Virus record (IMG/VR): IMGVR_UViG_3300005573_000064 | Location: 1-64,000 of that record | Reading direction: 5' to 3' (one strand) | Origin: a virus | DNA: 64,000 nucleotides | Position numbers and translations under genes: made by a program | Notes under the pieces: model-generated | Database searches by the model: none | Seen by the model: the letters and a program-made list of their open reading frames with translations, nothing else | What the model was told of the DNA's origin: nothing | Shown: piece after piece, positions 51,001 to 59,000 of the stretch | How positions within the stretch are numbered: the stretch's first letter is position 1 | Layout: each line of letters opens with the position of its first letter

Positions 51001-54000
51001 GCTGCGGCACGCAGCGGCTCAAGTGACGAATGCTCCTTGAATGTACCTAGTAGCGTAGCCAGCAGTCGGGAGGCCGGCCCTTTCTCTCCAACGCCCCAGT
51101 GCTTGACAAGATAGGATGAAAAGACTCTCGCTTTCCGTAGCGCCCATCCCGTTCTTATATCGGAAGGAATTGCGGCCACGACTCCCGGGCCTCCCTTTCT
51201 CTTAAAGAGATTAAGAAAGCTTTTTAGCGGATTCCACGCGAGTTTTCCTATCCCGCCAGTATACTCGACAGCCCATTGACTAGACCTATAGTAAACTCCG
51301 AGTGAGTCCAGAATCTTCTTTTCCATCTGCACAAGGTCAGTCTCGTTCCTTGTAAGAAAGGCGTAATGGGATGTTATGGATCTTGGATTCTCAAGGGATT
51401 TTTTAAAGGCTCTGATAACTCTGCCATAATCGCCACTCTGTACGCTCTCCAAGCCCTTCTGTATTCTTCTCTCTATTAAGTCTTTATTTGTAAGTGTTAT
51501 ATTGCCTCTGTAAGCCATGGACATTAGAGTCTCGTAGGCAAACGCATCGGCATAAACTTCGGCCGGATTTTCTCTGTAGATAATGTTTCCGTATAGGAGT
51601 TTAAGATACGGATTGACGGATGACCTGCGGAACCTTAACTTGCTTGCCGCCCTTCTCCTCCATACTCGGTTTCTAATATCCTCAAACGCATCCTCGCTGA
51701 ATACGCCCATTTCCGAGCTGGCTATCTTGTTTCCAACATCCAGCCATCTGTGAGCATGCCCCATCTCATGAGCGAAAATGAACTTGGATAAGACCTCAGG
51801 ATCATTGGGATCAAACCCGGCACGCCCAACGAAATACCTTAAGGGAATCTGGCTGGGATCTGTGAAACTAGCCAGGGACCCTCCGGGGGGGAACACCACC
51901 TTATAGTCGCTAGGCGATTCGAAATTGCCAAAGAACATACCGGGAATTCCCGCTATAAGGAATTCGACATCAAAGTGGATGGGTATGGTTGACAGCCTGG
52001 GATCGAGCGCGATGGCTTCCTCGTACACATCCTGCAGATAATCAGGCAGGGATTGCAGCGTTTGCTGGTAGGCTCTCCTTTGAGTCTCTGTCAGTTCGGG
52101 TTTTGCGTAATCGGACCTGGTGAGCTTTCCTTCGTATATCCTTTTGGCCACGCCAAGAGCCGCTATTCGGGCCGCTGCGGCCACGGAATGGGATTTGTAC
52201 GTGCCAAGAGCGTTAGCCTGAGCCCGGGAGTGGGGACCTTTCTCTCCGACTCCCGCGTGGGAGTAGGCGATTTGGGCGGAGTAATCGTCCTTTCTCATAT
52301 GCCTGTCAATCCACCTTCCCACCGGAACCAGTATTCCCTTCATTACGTAGAAGGACGCGATATCGATTACAGGGTCTATTATCTCCTGAATAGGCAATGA
52401 CACGCTGCGCAAGGTGTCTCTTCCCAAGGCCTGCTCGATATTGCCGGTTATTTTGCCAGAGAGGCTTTGAAGAAGACTGACCCCTCTTTTAACGCTGGCG
52501 CTTTTCTCGGAAGCCCACGCGCTTCCGAAGTCGGAGCCAAGACTCCCATAGAACTCGGCCATCCCGGTTAGAAGCTTTGCCGCCCCCTCCCTTACCGAAG
52601 GATAGCGAACGAGCTGATGACTAAGGTACTGGGAGACGGGATAGGAAATGGCCTCCTTGGCCACCCAAGGCAGGGATGAGACAAACTGCCCCAGTGTTTG
52701 GTCGCCTGCCGCGTAGCCTAAAAGCGAACGTATGGCCTTTCCGGTTCCGAAGGATATGAAGAGTCGGGGGTAGCTTCCGGAGACATGAGCGAGCCCGGCT
52801 ATGATTTTACCGGCCGTAGGCTCGTCCTCCGACAATTTGGCCGCCTGCAGCCACCCTCGTCTGAACAGAGAAGCCGCATGCAAAAGCGTCCAGTGGCCGG
52901 CCAAAAACATAGCGCCTTTCATAAGAGGATTATTTGAGTAATTGTCGTCCTCCACCGGGGAGCCGGGGCCGCTGCCTAGATTGCCGACCCAGTTGGCCTC
53001 GTCCCAGCTGTACGCTCTGTTATTGGTTGCCGACCAGCGCTGCGCGATTCGGTCCTCGGCCTCCCGTCTCGCCTCGTCCCTTCTCTTCTCAGATTGATTT
53101 ATGACATGATATAATCCGTAAGCGGCCCCTATCACCCCGAGAGCCGCAAGTCCGTAGCCTACGGGCTTTTTATTCTTGTCGAACCAGTCAAACAGGGAAT
53201 CCCACATCGAACCGGTGGGGGGCTCGCCCCCTCCTCCGATCCCGCCTCCGGCTTCGGGCGGCACACCGGTACCTCCGCCTGCACTCCCGGCCCCGGCCAC
53301 TCCTCCGGTGCTTCCTTCGGCCGCGCGTACGCTCTCGCTTTCCCTTAGTTTCCTTTGCCGTCTGCGTTCTCGCGCTTCATCCCGCTGTTTCAGCAGCTTA
53401 TCCAGTTTCTGCTTTCTAGCCTTTTCCCACTGTTCGTTCTGACGCCTCCATTCCTCCTCTTGCTGACGCTGTCGCTCCTCCTTCGCTTGTTGCTCCCGTA
53501 TCCTAGTTTGCTCCTTCGCTTTCGCCTCTTCCTCTATGCGCTGCAGGATCCTTTCGCTTCGGTTTCTTTCGATCTCCTGTCTGGCCTCCCACTCCGACAT
53601 GGCCTTCTCGTACTCACGCTTGTACTCCGGGTCGGAAGCCAGCCTCTCCTCGTGAATCTTTCTTTGCTCCTCTAACCGCTCTCGGAACGACCTGTCCTGC
53701 TCCTCCTGTAATTTTCTGAACTCCTCAAGCCTCTCGAATGTTGAAGGGGATTGTGGGGACTCGGAGTTCAGCTTCGCGTAAATCTCCGCCCACCCGGTAG
53801 CACGCTTGGAGGTCCTTCTCCACATCGCCTCCACCTTACCGGGAATAGGAGTTGAGGCGCCATGCTTTTTCTTCCACCATTCCGCCATCCGGTTGACATA
53901 TGTTTCCTCGGGCTCGATAAGACCGGTCATGCGGCCTGTTAGAAGAGAGTGGTGGAACGCTATGGTCCTTGGATTGCGCATGGACCTTTCAAAGGCCTCC

Positions 54001-56078
54001 ATGGCCTCATCATATCCACCTTGGTGAATGATATCCATAGCGGACTCTATCTTCTTCTTCAGGAGGGTCCCACTGGCGAGCGGCAAATCGCCACTGTAAG
54101 CGAGGGACATTAGGACCTCATAAGCAAACTTGTCCGCATAAACCTCGGCAGGGTTCTCCCTGTAGAGGATGTTTCCGTATATGTTTCTGAGGTACGGGTT
54201 GGAGGATAACGTCTTGATCTCCTCGCTCTCTTTTCCCCACACCGTATTTATAATGTCCTCGAACGCCTTCCCGCTAAATACGTTTTTCTCCGCGTGGTAC
54301 TCCTTTTTCCCTATATCCAGCAGTCTGTGTGCGTGTCCCATTTCATGAGTGAAAATAAACCTGGATATGGTTTCGTCATTAGGATCAAGTCCGGCACGTT
54401 CAATGAGACGTTTCAGGGGAAGTATGCGAGGGTCATAAATACTCGCCAGACGGTCCCCCTTTCTTCCTAGCGGATATACCAACCTGTAATTCTCTATGGA
54501 GTTGGTCTTGCTGACGAATATACCAGGGATATTTTTCTTGGCCAATTCAGGATCGAATACCACAGGTATGGACACCAGTCTTGGATCTAACGCTATGGCC
54601 CTCGCGTACGCGCCTTTCAGATACTTAGGCAAGGACTGCAGCGTTCTCTGATACAACTCTTCCTGCTCCGCTGTCAGTACCGGTCTTGTGTAACCGCTCG
54701 CGGTTAGCTTGCCTTCATATATCCTTTTGGCCACGCCAAGCGCGGCTATTCGGGCCGCTGCGGCCACGGAATGGGACTTGTACGTGCCAAGCGCGTCCGC
54801 CTGAGCCCGGGAGTAAGGGCCTTTCTCCCCGACTCCCGCATGGGAGTAGGCGTAAGCCTGCGATGCCGAGCTGGAGCCGCTCATAAGCCTTTTCTTTCTC
54901 TCGGCATCGCCTCTTCTTCCGGATAAGATATGATACAACCCGTAGCCCGCTCCGAGAATTCCCGCAGCGGCAAGGCCGTAACCTAAAAGACTTTTTACTT
55001 CGCCAAGTCCGCTGGAACTCAGGCTGCGCGCCAAACCGGAGGCCTGATTGTCGTCCTCGCTTTCGGCCTCAACCCCAAGCGTGCTTTTCACCGCCTTTTC
55101 CACTACGGTTTTCGCTTCAGCCGCTCGCGATTCTTCAGCCACCCTTTCAGTCGCTGTCGGAGCTTCGAATGCGCTTGCGCTTTTTGCCACAGGTTCACCC
55201 GCAGGCCTCGCTTCGGACCGTTCCAATCGACTTGAAAAATCACCCGATTTCTCCGTCTCTTTTCCGGGACTTACCTCCTCAGGCTTACCTACGGACTCAC
55301 GCACATACGGTTCAAGTTCGGAGATGCGTTCTTGGAGATTCGCCATCATTTTGAGACGGACGTCATCCAGAACCTGATCACCAAAATTCAGATTGCCGAG
55401 TTCCCTGTGGGATTGCTCCATCCATCCCTGAAACTCGGATACCCGTCTTCTTAGCTCCTCGTTCCCCGGCTCACCGTTATACTGTCGTACCCACTTGAGA
55501 AACTCAGATGTTCGGACGCCAAGCTCTCCCACAACTTGGGCGAAGAGAACGGACGGACGCTCCCGACCGGGGCCCAGACTGCGGGACACCTCTTCGGCTC
55601 CCTTCCGGGCGGCCTTTAACGGATCAACCTGTGAGTGGGACTTGTACGTACCCAGCTCCTCGGCCTGAGCTCTGGAGTAAGGGCCTTTTTCTCCAACCCC
55701 TGCATGAGAGTAGGCGTAGGCCTGAGACGCCAGACCGGAGCTTTCGCTAATATCAGTAAACAGACTCCCTCTCACCGGGACGGGCACCGAATCCAACCCT
55801 CCGCTCCATACTCTATCGTCAGGAATCAGGAATGGGGAAAGAGCCAGCCTGTTTCTTTCCGGTTCGTAAAAGTGGGAGCCAAGACTTTTGGAACCAAGTC
55901 CTGAAACTAGAAAAGGCGCAGGAGCCCCGCTGTCATCGGGGGATGCCGAACGCATCGGGGAGGCCACATTAAAGGCGCCAAGATGCGCCCCCGAAAGTTG
56001 CGAACCTGTCTCAAGGTACGGCCTTGTCTCCCAATATACGCCTCGTCCTGCTATGCCTCTATCATTAACAATTGACAT
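42090..56078 (-). CDS. 4662-aa modular (polyvalent-like) protein: nine copies of a 25-aa motif, six HEXXH metallopeptidase domains, TM helices
   Basis: HEMGH x2 and HEFGH x4, each with a downstream E-x2-A-[DN]-x-[FY] helix; repeated HxGVGEKG...LGT[FY]KxHS; stop overlaps the start of the hub gene (TAATG). Confidence 0.9.
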   Translation of the reverse strand: MSIVNDRGIAGRGVYWETRPYLETGSQLSGAHLGAFNVASPMRSASPDDSGAPAPFLVSGLGSKSLGSHFYEPERNRLALSPFLIPDDRVWSGGLDSVPVPVRGSLFTDISESSGLASQAYAYSHAGVGEKGPYSRAQAEELGTYKSHSQVDPLKAARKGAEEVSRSLGPGRERPSVLFAQVVGELGVRTSEFLKWVRQYNGEPGNEELRRRVSEFQGWMEQSHRELGNLNFGDQVLDDVRLKMMANLQERISELEPYVRESVGKPEEVSPGKETEKSGDFSSRLERSEARPAGEPVAKSASAFEAPTATERVAEESRAAEAKTVVEKAVKSTLGVEAESEDDNQASGLARSLSSSGLGEVKSLLGYGLAAAGILGAGYGLYHILSGRRGDAERKKRLMSGSSSASQAYAYSHAGVGEKGPYSRAQADALGTYKSHSVAAAARIAALGVAKRIYEGKLTASGYTRPVLTAEQEELYQRTLQSLPKYLKGAYARAIALDPRLVSIPVVFDPELAKKNIPGIFVSKTNSIENYRLVYPLGRKGDRLASIYDPRILPLKRLIERAGLDPNDETISRFIFTHEMGHAHRLLDIGKKEYHAEKNVFSGKAFEDIINTVWGKESEEIKTLSSNPYLRNIYGNILYRENPAEVYADKFAYEVLMSLAYSGDLPLASGTLLKKKIESAMDIIHQGGYDEAMEAFERSMRNPRTIAFHHSLLTGRMTGLIEPEETYVNRMAEWWKKKHGASTPIPGKVEAMWRRTSKRATGWAEIYAKLNSESPQSPSTFERLEEFRKLQEEQDRSFRERLEEQRKIHEERLASDPEYKREYEKAMSEWEARQEIERNRSERILQRIEEEAKAKEQTRIREQQAKEERQRQQEEEWRRQNEQWEKARKQKLDKLLKQRDEARERRRQRKLRESESVRAAEGSTGGVAGAGSAGGGTGVPPEAGGGIGGGGEPPTGSMWDSLFDWFDKNKKPVGYGLAALGVIGAAYGLYHVINQSEKRRDEARREAEDRIAQRWSATNNRAYSWDEANWVGNLGSGPGSPVEDDNYSNNPLMKGAMFLAGHWTLLHAASLFRRGWLQAAKLSEDEPTAGKIIAGLAHVSGSYPRLFISFGTGKAIRSLLGYAAGDQTLGQFVSSLPWVAKEAISYPVSQYLSHQLVRYPSVREGAAKLLTGMAEFYGSLGSDFGSAWASEKSASVKRGVSLLQSLSGKITGNIEQALGRDTLRSVSLPIQEIIDPVIDIASFYVMKGILVPVGRWIDRHMRKDDYSAQIAYSHAGVGEKGPHSRAQANALGTYKSHSVAAAARIAALGVAKRIYEGKLTRSDYAKPELTETQRRAYQQTLQSLPDYLQDVYEEAIALDPRLSTIPIHFDVEFLIAGIPGMFFGNFESPSDYKVVFPPGGSLASFTDPSQIPLRYFVGRAGFDPNDPEVLSKFIFAHEMGHAHRWLDVGNKIASSEMGVFSEDAFEDIRNRVWRRRAASKLRFRRSSVNPYLKLLYGNIIYRENPAEVYADAFAYETLMSMAYRGNITLTNKDLIERRIQKGLESVQSGDYGRVIRAFKKSLENPRSITSHYAFLTRNETDLVQMEKKILDSLGVYYRSSQWAVEYTGGIGKLAWNPLKSFLNLFKRKGGPGVVAAIPSDIRTGWALRKARVFSSYLVKHWGVGEKGPASRLLATLLGTFKEHSSLEPLRAAAYAATQMGWSGSQTAPEVSDEAFLSSLSGIINWRQRETIIENLNLLRNLPLVGRMYKHIITENPILAFVKISADTSRPPSFNAGSEYGTINILSMASGRNKDLLLRILRTQNKALGAVSDEEMIAAAMAHEFGHALDAYRTFGVNQSLSLRYLRGIKKALKVKADWTTPITESIRSAMMESRYAKSSLHRDLILSQLPTRARTSAVGGLEQFYSSRFLDTAKLTEARIDAWNRWMHTTQEDEQIANEYMFLMMYKLRGPGPEGSVMRRMFDMAQAGKLTPPIRMSGDERLARTLEKARRLRKESDRKLRKFFEAHKLNITPEGFVNIVSEGHLPPGAEEAASEAYDLYLKQNSERGFDSGMAPTAAKTVMADAEPNGMPSKGITWSSALLMPPSRERRRWSLGRFRSLTGASISPIARRVLGKGFLPHALDKARQLGRYVISHWGVGEKGWASRLWARILGTFKEHSSLEPLRAAVYALTQMGFNFQPAPEVSDEAFISSLSGIIDERQRDTIIENLNLLKDLNLVRSMYKHVILRSPTLAFVKISTDTSQSPRFDPNSEYGIVHLFSIVRGDVRDKLLKATKMQYKALGKLSDEETAAVVLAHEFGHALDAYKTFGVNRRVSLSNAMSMQVSKTERMYWTTPITESIRRAITGSRYAKSSLYRDLILSQLPTWEDQSAIDRLNTFRSAKFLDTTKLTEARIYAWNRWMHTTQEDEQIANEYMFRMWYKLRGPGPEGSVMRRMFDMAQAGKLTPPIRMSGDERLARTLEKARRLQRESDLRLRKYFEAQGLNTTPEEYIFLVKEGLLSAQAEEDAFKAYDLYLKQNFGPGPDPGMAPNAVKTVMANAEPNGMPSNGIIGSSAFLMPPSRERRRWSLGRFRSLTGASISPIARRVLGKGFIPHALDKARQLGRYVISHWGVGEKGWASRLWARILGTFKEHSSLEPLRAAAYALDRMGWSGSQTAPKISDEDFMHWLSGAVNEGQRDTIIKNLDILKDLPLLSRVYKHLISKYPILSYVDIGRFPIDEPGFEFQYYSLIMYLPHDRSEWPKYREFFDLIRAQHKFFGNLSDEEVVATAMAHEFGHALSALEHLKLDPNASYESFDSTLRNEFLRVSHKFAIENIIENTRIVTHFSRYANSPFAKDLILYEIPINRRNGLSFNLSNFVSKVSLWGLIDQDRLTKARMDAISLHVHPGGEEEQKANEFMSRTWYEMFGPGPEGSIMRRIFHMVQAGKLTPRARRSNEDVFNELARTAGGRRDKATERLEGFIKAMGYGVMTPDEYFNAYFGRYLERNPRQLSINLRAHNKLYETYLAKGEGFVFSPNEISRITGGVIPIPLMEKSESELRIEGYQRSNLNDVFSAYGEDEVRKIAEEIRGINRNSLEAGDQLKALSDKYGLEKVLVILNTLPSIPINMARTLPPLSLSSSRARRRWSLGRFRSLTGASISPIDRRVLGKGFIPHALDKARQLGRYVISHWGVGEKGWASRLWARILGTFKEHSTLEPLRAAAYALDRMGWSGSQTAPEVSDEDFMHWLSGSVNLRQHSTVTTNLIILKDLPLASRVYKHIIRKYPVLAFVDISAYPFSEPAFAPICDYGLIQLPHDRSAWAENRDVFDLMRSQHKSFGNLSDEELIAASMAHEFGHALSFIEYLKLDQTRTFRSIPQDELQRARVKFHKEHIIEGVRAITHFSRYANSSLARDLILHEIPIDMSGETPFNFSIAIGKFSRGNLIDKGRLTKARMSAMSSYVHPGGEEEQKANEFMSLIWYEIFGPGPEGSIMRRVFYRAQAGELTPPIRKSNDDMLNELARKVGGRRDKATKRLKGYIKAIGFEATLPRHYFAKYLDPEAADEDFSRNINAMGLESELYKAYLSKEPGYVFSQDEIDRIIGGEAVIPSKEEEKNPFEEKYEESKVDQLNMDETLSPLSLPPSHARRRWSPGRFRSLTRASISPIARRVLGKGFLPHALDKARQLGRYIISHWSVGEKGWASRLWARILGTFKEHSRVDALKAAMKSLEGGMGLTILASIAMAFAIASFIPPRSAFNYKTVNRMASPTVTRSSVQAFLFTDYSSDRDLRQVVRGWEEGEYGGDSDRWDNMSGALFHAIPIGGRNGVFTWGAKPETFYIHHYGPGAYMWPDMAKGMSEADKILCCYPNYLPKKYRVHAAYPKGTGPMVVLTFSSDRLESNLIDIENRTGWEPRNRDWIKIKLVPGYGAVDMANARWGAVDTETLDNFAEAHPIREYAITYGNYKRLPSWIRGYLEGGVGTDGPFDRESTAQYNIDHILKQFAQIQDPYHKRYYYLFPKNSPQARMGSDSLKSPAARLFSHLARGARYSLNKAREISHYIATSHWGVGEKGWASRLWARILGTFKEHSVTDPLKIVMRNFKMALRLGNSSIEKDLSEHVNTMNRITEQSQALVKPKRVKVKRPSKIKAWGAKMNARVASLEYHDYMLGMYRKKILPSLTQDSVNTGKSIEDAFAKYTGLSEEERIASYYRGLVDIPKDIPRSHIVADKKLSLLYRKAFHTYDGIVLSTEQIFDYAYEGIRAVNGKTTLYELELYDFFKKHYMYRSDPVSSRTEEEEIARKLSSLSASEQRAYLKYPKLIKGFLGKEDEYFIQSKLRDINPATSAHPEMIVHEDYLPDEFEQERYLDFVARLRYRPWAKTSIDTLTATFDVPGFSELERHFGKSLRNIEPTNLLVKKVEIKVSEEEVDKALLDAYKAMLPKDTEGNVLGDSSLTPHQNLETSGEMNTEEQRRKLRDYKDKSRVDPIKAAIDGEIRLAATRRDSEIMGVSLETLHKAVFERFNISENDLYYWLRNNTATRKVRGRGVNLQEVRTILTSFKRSGRSDMPAERRVFLSGTEKRAIIRNDTRQITSLASGPEYSGKMAFDNMIPRTPAIYGAVQPVSPPPDPHVEDHISVSSETAGDITSLVKNVQDIPQAKVKSHVSVKVTDAKADIAKIEKLILGRLLK
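43887..55706 (-). repeat. Dispersed in-frame 75-bp motif repeats (9 copies) plus longer linker repeats
   Basis: Copies at 55632-55706, 54768-54842, 52185-52259, 51027-51101, 49602-49676, 48180-48254, 46503-46577, 44997-45071, 43887-43961. Confidence 0.95.
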
Positions 56079-56092
56079 TTACATTCTCCATG

Positions 56093-59000
56093 CTACCCGA
56101 GTATTTTATGGACAACCTTTCCACGCTCTCTTTCCCTACCACTCCTATCCTCCGTCAAAGTCTGGCTTCTGTTGGTGGGGCTTGTAGTATGCATGTCAAT
56201 GGCCGTATGAATGGCGTTAATGACATGCATGGGATTAAGAGTGCCGCCAATTTTTCCTCTAACTCTTATTCTCACTCTTTGGTGTTGAATATCCGCACGA
56301 TGCTCCGTTTCCACCTTCCTCTCCTTGTCCTCCTTTTCCTTGGCCTCTTCATACTCACCTTCATCCTTGGTGTTAACCGCATTAAGAGTCGCCATTATGA
56401 CAAGGGCCGCCTTGGCCACTCCGGCCGCCACTTGGAATCGTTTGTTATGAAGGACGGCCCGTATGCCCGATGATAACGCATCACTGGAGAGCTCCGTCCG
56501 GCCGGCCAATACGCCAACCAGGTCTCTGGCCTTGCCTGACACCCTGGCCCATGTATTGGCTCCCAAAAGCGCGGCTCTGGCCACAGAAGGCCCTTTTGAT
56601 TCGGCATTTTTAATCTCCTGGTTAAGTGCAGCCACCACTGTCTTGGCCGGGGACATCCCAGCCCCCGGTCCCACCACGCCTACCGGAGATGGCACCGCAG
56701 GGTTGGCGTTGGTTCCGAAGTATATCTCTGCGGCCCTTTGAAGGTAGCCTGACAGCCTAAGATTGGCTCTGGCCTTTTGCAAAATCTCCTCGGCAGTTCC
56801 CGAGCGTAGGAAATCCTCGAAGCTTTGATGCCCCGAGGAGGACGGGACTATGGCCTTGCCTATATCCACTAGCTCATCCTTGACTCTCACCGGGCGGATG
56901 ACGCCACGGGATACGCCTTTGATGGCTTCGTCAAGATGCCTCCACTTTAGGAGCCTTTCTATTTCATCCTTCTGGTACATGTTCAGAAAAGAGGTGGAGG
57001 TCCCAAGCAAAGAGTCGCTGTATTCGCGCTCCGCGTTCCTTAGCAGCATGGAGGCCAGGACACCATAACCCTCCTTTTCGTTTGAGGCCAGGTAACTCTG
57101 AGGGGTCTTGCCCAGAACCGAAGGGGCCCACTTGTTGTTCTTGAACATCTTCGGAATAAAAATACTGCTGAATTTGAGCTGCTCCACCTTGCGTGCAGGG
57201 TTGGCCTCCCAGAGTCTGGCCTCCTCGCTCCTTATGAAGCCCTCCCTGACGTTCCTTGAGGAGAACAGCCTCCACAGGCCCTGCTCATACTTGCGTATTT
57301 TTTCAATATTGGCTGCAGTGTCGGTGTATCCTTTCTCCTCCAAGGTTTTCCATAGTGGAACGCCTATGAACTCCTGGTTGAGAGATGGGTTGGTTCTGAG
57401 CTGCTCCTCCGCGTGTGTCTTGACGTATTCCCGTATTCTTCCGGCCATTTCCGAAACATCGCTTCCCAGATCCGATTTCGCGGGCATTTGTGCCGCTTCG
57501 GCCAGAAGGGCGGAGATAGTCTTGTTCTCAAAGGTGAATCCGGTGGAAATAAGATGAGAGGCGATTCTCCCTCTCTTGGAGGTCTTATTCCCCGCGAATC
57601 TTCCGCTTTCAAGAAACTCCAGGGCCTCCCTTCTTGACAACCCCATGGAGGTTAGGAATGTGGCCCCCTTGTTTCTGTCCCCGCTAAACTTTCGTCTGAA
57701 CGTTTGAAGCGCGAACTCCTCTATGTCATACCGGGTTTGGCCTACGTCTCCCACCCTTATTCTGTAGGAGTTGGTTATCCTCGGGGTTATTGTCCACTCG
57801 TGAAACGGCTTGACCACCTTCTCGGGAGTCGCGGGAAACCCTCTTCTGGCAAGAGCCTCTCCGCCTATACCATAGAGTTCACGATTTCTCCTATGTATGA
57901 GAAGTTCGGCCTCGTACCGGTCTATGTTGCCGGAGCGTATCTCCTCGCTGATTTTATCAAAGAACGGTTTGTCATAAACCGAATATTGCTTGTCATACCA
58001 ATACTTGCCCTCGACATATTGCTTCGCCATTCGGGGATCGTTTATAAGATAGTTTCTTATCCACCTTATCCTTTCCGTCCCCTCCGCCACATTCTCCCCG
58101 TTTTCCACCATTCGCTCAAGATCCGCGACTTTGTCCAGTAACTCCTTGCGAGGCATGTTGGCGTACTCCATTCGCCAATCAATAACTTCATGAACAAACG
58201 GAGAGTTGCCGCCCCTTTCCCCGGTGTATAGTCTGTGTAACTGTCTTTGGAATAGGTCCAGGGCTATCCTGTCGCTTTCAGCATTGGCTTGCTCCGGGGA
58301 CAGGCCCGAAGGCTTAAGATTTTGAAGAATCACGGAAAGGTCAAGCGCGTCATTGGCTCTTATGACTCTTGGGGCTTCACCCGACACATCGTTGACATGC
58401 AGGTAATACTCATGCCCCCCGGTGAGTTCATTCTCTGCGGAAAAGACACCCTCAACCTTGACCATCCTATTGGATATGGGCAGATTGATGGGGTTGCCGA
58501 ACGCATCCTTGCTTCGAGTGGGGCGCCCGTACATAATCGGATTGGTGATGTCATCGGACGAGAGCCTTTGCCACTCGTTCGGGTTAATACCCAAGTAATC
58601 CCCGGCTCCGGCCTCGAACACCTTGGCCGTGACAGCCGCATCATAAGCCGCTCCGTGCAGTTGAGCCTCCTCAATTTGTAACCCTCTGCCCAGGGCGGCA
58701 TGCTCCAGGGATTGAAACCCTCCCTTGGGGTTCGCACCCTGCTCAAGAAACAGAACGTTTATGGCCCTATTTTCATTGGCCTCCTTGAATATGGCGGATG
58801 CTTTCTCCATTTCATCCGCCATAACCGTCTGTCCCTCCCCCTTTAGCCGTTTGGCGTGAGAGGCGGCCATGGCGGATAGTTTTCCAAGGTCAACGTCCTC
58901 ATTGTATATCAGAACATGCAAATCCTTGTGCTTATCCAAGAGTTGAGACGCTTCGGACAGCATGCTGACCTCAGCCTCATCGGGGTTACCCATAGTAAGA

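Noticed and set aside
44990-55706. Diversity-generating retroelement TR/VR pairs
   Set aside because: No reverse transcriptase in the window; differences between repeats are synonymous or block-wise, not adenine-specific
43887-55706. GVGEKG as a Walker A (P-loop) motif
   Set aside because: Does not fit GxxxxGK[ST]; no preceding hydrophobic strand or Walker B
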